DNA from: Dimorphilus gyrociliatus
Lineage: Eukaryota > Animalia > Annelida
Assembly: GCA_904063045.1 (NCBI GenBank)
Contig: CAJFCJ010000063.1
Span: forward strand, 1-63,019
Length of the DNA: 63,019 nt
Direction of reading: 5' to 3'
Positions within the stretch are counted from its first letter, which is position 1; every line of letters begins with the position of its first letter. The translations under genes were made by a program, and so were the position numbers. This document shows, one piece after another, positions 1-10,600 of this stretch. Under the pieces are notes generated by a model. That model was not told the origin of the DNA. It ran no database searches and saw nothing but the letters and a program-made list of their open reading frames with translations.

Positions 1-1669
1 TAATTGTTTTTCATTTAAAGGAGCATTATGCTGATTAGTATCTTTATAAATTTCACTCAGAATGTTACATAAGCCTTGAGGGTTAATCTTTTTCATTAAT
101 CCTATTTTATGTAAGAATTGTTGATGTTCAAATAAGTATTCAGGTCTCTTATAGAAATATCCAGGAATATCGTATAATATACTTTGATCTTCGTGCAAAC
201 TCTGTATTTTGACCATATCAACTAATTTACTATAATCATCGTTGAAAATTGGTACTTGTAGAATATTTATAACATTTTCTATTGTTCCTTAGTCTTAGCT
301 AAATATTTTAAAATATATTTGTATATTTCAATGCTTGTCTTTACTTTATTACAATTGTTTTCTATTTCTATTTCTTTCCTTAAAATTTCATTTAAACTTT
401 GCAGGTTTGATTGAAAATCTGCAATAGAAACTTTATGTTTAACACGAAATTTTTCAAGAATTGAAAAATTAGTTAAAGGAAGTATGGTGATTTGGGGAAG
501 CATATGAAAAGCTATCCAAAACAATGCATATTTCTCCTCATGACAATTTAAATATGAATTTTTGATTGGAATTAAACATTCCGCTGATTTGCTCAAGTCT
601 TTATATTCATTTTTAACTTCACAAGGATAAATAAAGGGATAATTAATAATTTTTTCCAACTGATCATCAGTCCATTCAGATAAATCATTGTCAAAAAGAT
701 ATTGAAGTATCTGCACATCATATCCTTCTTTTGGATGTTTTGCAGCTATTTGACAGAATTTCAAGCAAATTTCAGCTGTGATAATCTCATTCATTCCTAA
801 AGCAATCAAAAGATTCTCTATATCAAAATAAGAATCACAATAAATATAAAACTTTGGTTGTGGTTTTTGTAATATAAAGTTTTTATAAATTGGAATTCTT
901 TTAAAATCAAACATCTTTTCAAAATTACTAAAATTCATACTAAACGTATCCGATGGTTTTCTATATTCTCCATCTAAACATTGAACAAATTCAATGGATT
1001 CTAGAGTGTTTAGTGTCATACTTATGTTTTTCTTCTTCAGTTCCGGTTCCAGACAGTCTGATAATTTTTCTAGGTATTGAACTTGCTGTTCTGTTGTAAA
1101 ATTCTTGAAATGTTTTAAAATATATTTTTCAAAGAAGTAGACTTGTGAAACAAGCTTGGCTTCATCTTGAAGTAAAAATTTTCCAATATAAGAATCCTGT
1201 ATATTTTATAGTCTAGAATTTCAATATTATCATTAGATTTCCACAAATTTATCATTTTAAAGTCAGAACTCAAACTATTGTCCAAGAAATAATAATCTGA
1301 TTATTTAAAGATATAAATTGTTATCAATTGTTTTAAAAATTGGTAAATGAAGTAGCTTTTTATTACAATTCTCTTCTTCAAGTTTTAAAAGCCCAACAAA
1401 TATATTATTAAATGTTTTTTTTCCAACTTTTCATAATTTAGTTTTGGTAAAATATTTCCATCATATAATGTTAAACACAATATAAAATCAGAAGTTTATG
1501 ATAACTGGAAAAAAATGAAATTTGAAAATTTTGTAAAAGTTTCACTAAAATCTCATTGTTGATTGGTTGAAAAATATTTAAATTTTAATTATTTCATAAT
1601 TTTCAACACAAATTGCATCTACCATACTTTATGCCAATAATGTAACTTTGTCTGCCATTCACAAGGTAG
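1..1669 (-). pseudogene. SACS: Sacsin-like giant exon, distal part, with many single-base frameshifts
   Basis: ORF 279..1019 (LYIYCDS..LLIALG..YLFDN..LPFIYP-like sacsin pattern) is flanked by coding-like frames that need single-base corrections; it lies directly beyond the GTAG TSD of element A. Confidence 0.6.
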
Positions 1670-4600
1670 TGTACAACTTTGGTTATATTTTACATGCTTG
1701 AACTCTATTATTTTATGCAACATATACATGTACATCTTAAAACCTACGCAAGAAAATGCTATAACATTGCCAAACATAAGTCTGATTAGTCAGCTTGAAG
1801 GTTCATCTTTAATTACCAATAAAGGTTTGGCCAAGTTATAATTTAATTAACTGCCTAGGGTGTGGCCAAGTTATATTCAATTAACCTTCCTAAATGTTGA
1901 ACCTTGTAACATCCTGTACTAAAGATAAATATGAACTACACATTTCGGCAACTGTAAAGTGATGATTGGATGTCAGAGACAAACCTCAAAGTATATAAAT
2001 CCTCATTATTCTCATTTGGCATGCAGCTTCCATCTGGACCCAAGGACCTGGAAAATCATCTGGAAACAACCTCCACTGGAACCATCCATCTACTCCTCAA
2101 CATTGGAAGACAGTTTGGTAATTTGGCAACCTGCTATTACAAACTATCTACTCTGCTATTGAACTCTCATATTGTTACTTGCTTAAGTATTATTATTGCG
2201 AATAAACCATTTTAATTTAAACATTTGTTTAAAGGTTCGAGTAGAACCAGTATTGTTATAACTTGCAAACGCATAGATTTTGCCAGCAAGAGCAGTACAA
2301 ATTTGGCGCAGTCGACAGGATATTCTTTTGGTTTATTCAAAAGTTTTGAGAAAGTAAATATGGCAGAAGAAGGAAATGGAAACGCCACTGGGGCAGTTAC
2401 AGACTCTAACCCTTCAACCCCAGCAACTCCAACAATTACAATTCAGCCAGCAGGAATGTCAGAAAGGCAACAAAGACTAATTGAAGACTATGATAGATTG
2501 GTGAGTGAAATGAAAAGAAATCGAATCACAATTCCAACAGATCATGGAGATGGAACACATCACCCAGCACAGAACCCAAATGTTGATATCACAACAGTAA
2601 TTCAAGCATTAAGGGCTGCTTGGGACCGCCCTCAAAGAACTATTCTCAAGTTGTATGATGGAAGCAAGGAGTGTTCAAAATTCAAAGAAGACTTTAATCA
2701 GGCATGTTATGCTTATGGTTGGATAGGAGAAGATGTTGTGAAAGCAAATCTTTTAGATTATTTAACTGGTCCTGCAAAGGATTTGGTGTTGGCTCTGGAT
2801 GGAGAGCCTACTGTGGAGGAAATATGGAAAGCCCTCCATGACGAATTTGATCTAGATCCTTTGGAGTATCAGGAGAAATTGCTTAACTTAAAGCAAATGA
2901 ATGGCGAAAGTGTGGTTCAGTTTGTTAATAGAGCAAAGAAATTGATAAAGAGGTTTTCTCCACCTAGACCAATGGAACCACAATTGCTTGCAACTATGAA
3001 AGAAATAAAACTGATGGAAGTTTTACAAAGAGGATTACAACAGGATATTCTACATTTAGTGTACACCTTACATCCTAAATGTCAAACATTGGCAGAACTA
3101 TATGAGGCTGCTAAGCAAGCAGAAACTTCATTAAAACTAACTCAAAGAAAACCGATCACAATGGTGTCAAAATTGGAAACTCAACAAAGAAAAGAGACCA
3201 AAAAGACCCAGGTAATCAGAAAAGATGCTTCTACAGAAACCCCAAATTTCTGGAATAGAAAGCATGTACCTGACAACAAAAATGCTACTAAAGAAAAGTT
3301 TTCAAGCCAAAAAGTCCAAAAGTATGCACCAACTACAACAAATAGGTATTATAAGAAAAATCAACCAGCAAAGACAATACTGAAAGAGGAACCTAAGCTA
3401 CAAAAATTAGAAACATTAGACAATGAAAGCATGTCAGAAAACGACGAAGTTCAAGATATTCTCTGTTTTTCAGATAGTGACGAATCCACTTGTCAGCTGT
3501 TACAAAGCAAACAATCTGAGCGAAATGCTTCAACATTTATTGGACAATTTGAAACTAATACAGGTTTTAAGTTTGATGCCTTGATAGACTCTGGTAGTGA
3601 CAGATCTTTCATTTCAAAAAAGGTATTAAGACAAGTTCAAGGAAAAGCATCCTTCCCAGAACAAACTGTGAAAAATGCTAGAGATGCTTCAGGAAATAGC
3701 ATCGAGATATGTGGAGAAATCATTCTCAGACTTTATTTTAATGAAAAGATTATTAAACAACGCTTTCTGATCAACAAAATCATTACACAACAATGTATTA
3801 TTGGGTGTGACTTTCTACAACAAAATGGAGCTACCCTTGACTTTGGCAAGAGACAGATTATACTCCAGCCAGGTACAGAAAAGAATTACCCTGTTGGAAC
3901 ACAACACTTATCTTTCAAAGGGTTTTACCCAGTTCCTCTTATTATGAAAAAGAATGAGAGTCAAATACATACCCTTCAGACAACAATTGAACAAGAAAAT
4001 CCCGAGATGAAGAACAAAGTTACCCAAATTCTGGCAAAATATAAAGAAACTATTGCAGAAGACAGATTTGATATTGGCAATCCAGAGGTACCACCCTTGG
4101 AAATAACTCTTGAACCAGGTTCAACACCATATAGACAAAGGCCATATAGAATGCCTCCTCAAAAACAAGAAGAATGTAAGCAACAGATAGCTGAATTGGT
4201 AAAAAGCAAAGTTATTCAACCAAGCAAGAGCAATTGGGCTTCACCAATTGTTTTCGTAAGAAAGAAGGAAGGTAGTCTACGAATGTGTGTAGATTATAGA
4301 AAACTAAACAAAATGACAGTTAAAAACAAGTATCCACTGCCAAATCAAGATGATCTTTTTGACCATTTGGGAGGAGGAAATAAATTCTTTTCTACAATGG
4401 ATTTGACAAGTGCATACCACCACATTAACATCAAGAAAGAAGATAGGTCTAAAACAGCATTTATTACACCTTTTGGCTTGTTTGAATTTATTAAGATGCC
4501 TTTTGGATTAACCAATGCCCCTCCTCATTTTAGTTATGTAATGAATTCATTTGTGCTAAAGGATGTAAAGCATTTGTGCCTAAACTACCTTGATGACATA

Positions 4601-7600
4601 ATAATATTTACCAAGTCGCTGGACCAACATTGGGAAGCATTGGAGACCATTCTTCAACAGATTCAAAAGTACAATTTTAAGATTAAACTAAGTAAATGTG
4701 TGTTTTTGAAAGAACAAGTTCAATTCTTGGGACACATTGTATCAGAAAAGGGGATTGAAACAGATAAGTCCAAGACAGATAAATTATATAATTTACAGCC
4801 ACCAGTGTTTGCAAATTCACTACTAAGCTTTGTTGCATTTTGTGGCTATTACAGAAAATTTATACAAGATTTTGCAAGAGTAGCTAAACCTCTGTATATG
4901 TTAATGAAACTACATGGGAAAAAGGATAAATTGCAATGGACTGAGGAAGCCAAGCAATCATTTTTCAAGTTGAGAGATGCAGTAGTTAACCCTCCTGTAT
5001 TACAACTACCTGATTTTGCTAAAGATTTTCACTTAACAACAGATGCATCGAATGTAGCTGTAGGAGGAGTTCTTGAACAAGTTTATGTAGATGAGAATGG
5101 GAAGAAAACAATGAAACCCATTGCCTACGCTTCAAAACAATTCAACAATAATCAAATGAAATATGCAGCCTATCAAAAGGAAGCATTTGGGGTTTACTGG
5201 GTTGTAAAGAAATTTTTACATTACCTTCAAGACAAGCCATTCTTTTTATATACTGACCATCAGAGTCTAGTACAAACATTTAAGCAAAACAAATTGAATG
5301 TCAGCACAGCAAAATGGGTCATGGCTTTAATGGATTTAAAATTTACAATTAACTATGTGACAGGACGAAAAAATAGAGCAGATGCATTAACAAGATTAGA
5401 AGAATATACACCCCCAAGGAAAGTAACATTTGAAGAGCTAATTCATGGAAAGATCAAAAAGGAGAATTCTCCCTCTATTTCAGTTAAAATGGAACAGTAT
5501 GAACATACACCAGAGTTAACTTTTGTAGCTACCAGTGATAACAGTGAAGAGAAAATTGATTTGTCTTCTGTTGACTTACAGTCAGAGCAAGAAAAAGATG
5601 TGAATTTAAAATCAATTAAAGAATATTTAACATTGGATGGTCAGCTACCTATTCCTTATTTTGGAACTTTTACACCTTTCATAATGGAGATGTTTGTTCA
5701 CAAGGAAATGATCTGGATTATCCTTGAAGAAAGAAACATTCTGGTTTTACCTGACCATTTGATGCTAACTCTGCTCCCTAAATTCCATAAAAATAAAATT
5801 CACAATCACCATGGACCCAGAATGACATTACAAATAATTACAAAGACCTTTTGGCACCCAAAATTAAAGATTATGATTGAGAATTCAATAAAGGATTGCA
5901 CTTTGTGTGAACAAATGAATGGTAGGAGTAGAGTATACCCTTTGGTAGAAACCTTTCACCCTGCATCACCAATGGAGTTGGTAGCCATGGATATAATGGG
6001 ACCCTTACCCATGGTTAAGTCATACAGATTCATACTTGTGATAGTGGATCATTTCAGTAGATACACAGTTTTATATGCACTCAAACAGCAAACCAGTAAA
6101 GAAATTGCAAACCTTCTTTTCAACAGATTTTTTCCCATTTTTGGAATTCCAAAACAAATGTTGACAGATCAAGGAAGAAACTTTGTTGGTAAAGCTTTTA
6201 AAGAGTTTATGAAGGTATTAGGTATTGAGAAAATCCAAACAACAGCTTATAGAAGCCAGAGCAATGGACTAGTTGAACGAAGAAATAGAGAAGTGAGGAA
6301 GGAAATCAATAAATTAGTGGTGGAAGAAAATCAGCATAACTGGGTTGCAAACCTACCCTTGATTCAAGCATTTTTGAATCAATCACCTGTAGGAAGTACA
6401 AGACTACCACCCCAGGAACTTCTTTTTGGCACCAGCACAAGAACACTGATTGATGTAACAATGCATACTACCTCTCCTGAAACAAATGTACTATTTGTAT
6501 TCAATCACCAGCAGCAATTAGTACAGTTAAGAGCTACAGCCTTCTGTAAATCCATCATGGCAAAAGAACAATATAGGGAAAGAAAGAATAGAAATCTCAA
6601 TCTTCCAAAATATTTTGAGGTTGATGATGAAGTATTCTTAAGAAATGATGCTGCAAGAATTGCAATAACAAAAATCCCTTCTTTAAAATGGTTAGGCCCA
6701 TACCGAATAACAAAAGTCAATCATCAAAAGTGGATATATGAAATACAAATGGATGATAATACATGCAAGTTGGTACATGGTAGCAGATTAAGACTAGCCA
6801 ATGAATCTAATAAGTTGGAAACAGGGAAAGAAGCAACAACAATCTTTCACCTTGTGGAGAAGGAAATAACACACCTCCAATATCTTTCTCAGGTAGAAGG
6901 AAGAAATGACTTCCAATTCCGTTTGAAGAATCAAAAAGGCCAAGAAGTCATTGCCTGTGTGACACAGGAGCATTGAGATCCTTTATTACTGAAAAAGAAA
7001 TCAAGTTAATGGATGTTACAATTATGGATAAAGAAACAATTGGCTTACCAATTATAACTTCAGCTGATGGGAAAGCTTTAAAGCAAAAAGGAAGCGTAAA
7101 GCTGAATATCCAATTTGCTGGAGAAAGTATGGAACAAGAATTTATAGTTATGGAAAATCTAGACATAGCAATAATACTTGGTTGTGATTTCCTACAAACT
7201 GTGGGAGCAAACCTCAATTTTGAAGCTAAACAGTGTTCTCTCAAATTTGATAGAAGGAAAGGGAACCTGGCTGAAAGAATAAGGCAACCTCAACTAAACA
7301 AAGTCACTATAGCCATGATGGGACAGCATGACTCTTCATCAGAAAGTTCAGATAGTGATGACTCAGAGATGGAAGTTACTAATTCTGATACTGGTTATGA
7401 CACAAGCAATACTTTCAAAACAGACAGTAATTACAGTCTCAATGAACCTTCAAGCTCATCTGAAAGTGATGACACAGAAACAAATAATGAACTGGATCAA
7501 AATACAGATTCAGAGGCAAACATTATCTCTGATAGAGAAGATGAAATATCTAGTTCAGACGATGAGTCAATAATTATTGAAAGCGAAATTATTGATATAA

Positions 7601-10600
7601 CCCATTCGGATAATGAGTCAATAATTATTGAAGGTGAAATTATTGACATAACCCATTCAGATAATGAGTCCCTCATAGTGGTAGATTCATCCCAAGATGA
7701 GAAAGAAAATACAAGTGACACAGACAATGAGTCAGTCATATTTTTAGATGAGACTAAAATCATCTCTGAACAATTAGATTCCCAACAAGAAGTGGAACCA
7801 CAATATATAGAGTTAGAAGATGGAATAACTATCAGAGTGGAACAACAACACAAAATTTTCAACCATTCAACTATAGCCAACACAGGAAGAGCTAACATGA
7901 AACAGATGTTGTGGCTTCCACTAGTGATGACTGTAATGGTGATCTGTGGCTGCATCCACTCAATAACAGTCCCAAAACCATCCTACCAAGGTGCCCATGT
8001 TACAAGTGCAAACATTACCTTAACATTTAAACCACCGTTATACTTTTGTTCTAACCAACTACCAAGCCAGGCATTTGATCTAGCAGATGAGCCAACTTGT
8101 AATATAGAATCACAAGAAACCAAGACAATTACAGCTGATATCTATGAATTGAACTTGGAAGAAATTGAAACAAGAGCAGTAAAATGTCAAGTGTATCTAA
8201 GAACTAATTTTTACACTTACTATTTCTTTGGAGCAAAGAAGAGGAGGATTGTTAACTCAGTTATCAAAGTAACTCATGATCAATGCAGACAGATGATAAA
8301 AGACAAACGATCTTTTCAAGGAAAACCTTTAATGGTGAAAAGAAACACTTGGATCCACCAAGATCAGTTTCCTGCTGCCTACACATGGCCAACAACGACC
8401 AAGGTGCTGGAATACACCACAATTATCCAGTTTGGCAAAGCATATTGGCAACCTCCTAATATGAAAATTACAACTAATCTGGACTACCTGGAAGATTGTT
8501 TACCAGGGCAGTCCTATTGTGAAACAGAAGAGGCAATTATTGTCTTTAGGAACCTCAAGAATAATTACACACTTGGGCAACAATCACCATGGATAAAAAT
8601 TAGCAACAGAATTAGTTGTATCAAATTTGCTGGTCACTATTCTTGTCCAGGGTATTCTATTCTGGACATCCCTTATCAAGATAAGTTTATTGATGGAATT
8701 GGTGGTCCTGGAACAAAAGTACTAGTACCACTGGAGGAACAGAGTTTAATACAGGAAACAAGCAAGGAACACCTATACAATTTGCTACAATATCAGAAGA
8801 TTGGCAAAAATGAAGAAAAACGACTATTAAACTATCCCAATAAAGTTAAAGAACAAATTATACTATACAAGCGAAACAACCCCTTACCAAGTCTTAACCA
8901 ATGGTACAGAGAAACAAACACAAAGTATAAACTAATGAGAAATAAAGGCACACTCAAGGAAGTTGTGATATATCATCTACAACAACCCATTAGTCCATCT
9001 TACTGGGAGCTGGATAACTATTATATCCAAGAAATGCTGCAAGCAGTCAATTGGACAAGGGCAACAAGACAATCTGTCACGATTTCAAAATATGTATACA
9101 GTGAGAAAAGAATCAAAAAGAAGGTATTACCAACATTGGGCATATGGTATAAAGGACCACCAGCCAGAGAATTCAAGATTACCTATGAAGGAATTTATTT
9201 TACTCTACACATGAGAATGGCTAAAAAGCAGATGAAGAAGGAAGCAAAACTGAAACATAAGATAAGTAAAAACCCATACCACAAATTCCCATTGGAAATG
9301 AGAGAAGCTGCCCAAACATCTACCTTACTACATGGTATTGATTCAAATTTTAAGAATTTAAAAAAGTTTACCCAACAGCTGTCAAGTCTTCTCTGCAATC
9401 AATTTGTTCAAAGAAGCAGAATGATGGCATTACTAGCAAATTTGGATCCTCAATTGACCACAGTGTTAACAAATGAGTTGGGAATGCACAGTAGTCAGAT
9501 GGGAGAATTAGCTATAATTAAACAATGTTCACCAATAGCCTCAACAGAAGTAGTTTGTGACTTAAGCATGATAAAAAAGAATAACAAATGTTCTCAATTT
9601 TTACTTGTCACCATGAACAACCTGCTTTTCCAAGTAGAACCAGTTACTCATGTTTTACAGCAAGTCAATCCTGAAGAGATTACCTATAATGAGTGTAAGT
9701 CTAACAAGTTATTCTACAAAACAACTCACAACCCATTAAATCCTATAAGAAACCAACCAATGAAAGACAAAACGTATGTGTATTATTCAGAAAGAGGATG
9801 CAGATTTCACACTGTGTCTGCAAAATCCATGCAGTTACATATCCACAATCACCTTTCTGAACCAAAAATTGAAATTGCCAGATTAGCTGATCTACTCCAC
9901 CATGGGGTAAAGAAGGATATTGCATACCAGCACTCAAAAATTAAGCAAGTTATCAGTTCACTGGAACAGAAGCAGGCAAGGTATGATAACATGGTCACTG
10001 TTGCAGAGAAAAATGGCATTGTACCCAATTTATCTGGAATTAAAAAGTTTTTCCATAGTTGGTACTATAAACCTGGGAAAACACTTTATGTTATCATACG
10101 AAATATTTGTTTGAGTATTGTAGTGTCAATGGTATGTATCATCATTTTCAACTATATTATTGGAAGAAGAAAACAAAGAGAAGAAATTGCTACCCCAAGT
10201 GAGAGCACAGATAACTCTCCTGAAAACCCAAAACTAATGAAACAAAGTTGTAGCTTTAGTCAACATCAAACTAATGAAGAAGAACAACCACCTGTAATTC
10301 TCATTAAATCAAGATGAAGGGACTCATCTTCACAAAGAAGGGGGAAGTTGTACAACTTTGGTTATATTTTACATGCTTGAACTCTATTATTTTATGCAAC
10401 ATATACATGTACATCTTAAAACCTACGCAAGAAAATGCTATAACATTGGCCAAACATAAGTCTGATTAGTCAGCTTGAAGGTTCATCTTTAATTACCAAT
10501 AAAGGTTTGGCCAAGTTATAATTTAATTAACTTGCCTAGGGTGTGGCCAAGTTATAATTCAATTAACCTTCCTAAATGTTGAACCTTGTAACATCCTGTT

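Noticed and set aside
1959-2215. Small ORFs in the element A LTRs (also 10642..10899)
   Set aside because: Their frames differ between the two LTR copies and they have no recognisable motifs; treated as incidental.
2304-2321. tRNA gene
   Set aside because: Only the 3'-end complement (PBS) is present; no cloverleaf was found here or elsewhere in the window.
2420-2450. PTITIQ shared between element A Gag and the element B LTR-encoded peptide
   Set aside because: Six residues in non-equivalent positions (after versus before the PBS) with no flanking similarity; likely chance.
6925-6976. Programmed -1 ribosomal frameshift between pol and the PR2-env ORF
   Set aside because: There is no X-XXY-YYZ slippery heptamer in frame, and homology to element B places the switch at one codon inside the protease motif. 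A 1-bp deletion or sequencing error fits better.
10311-10330. Hairpin AAGATGA/TCATCTT over the env stop, resembling part of a hammerhead
   Set aside because: It lacks the CUGANGA and GAAA core and is not conserved in element B.
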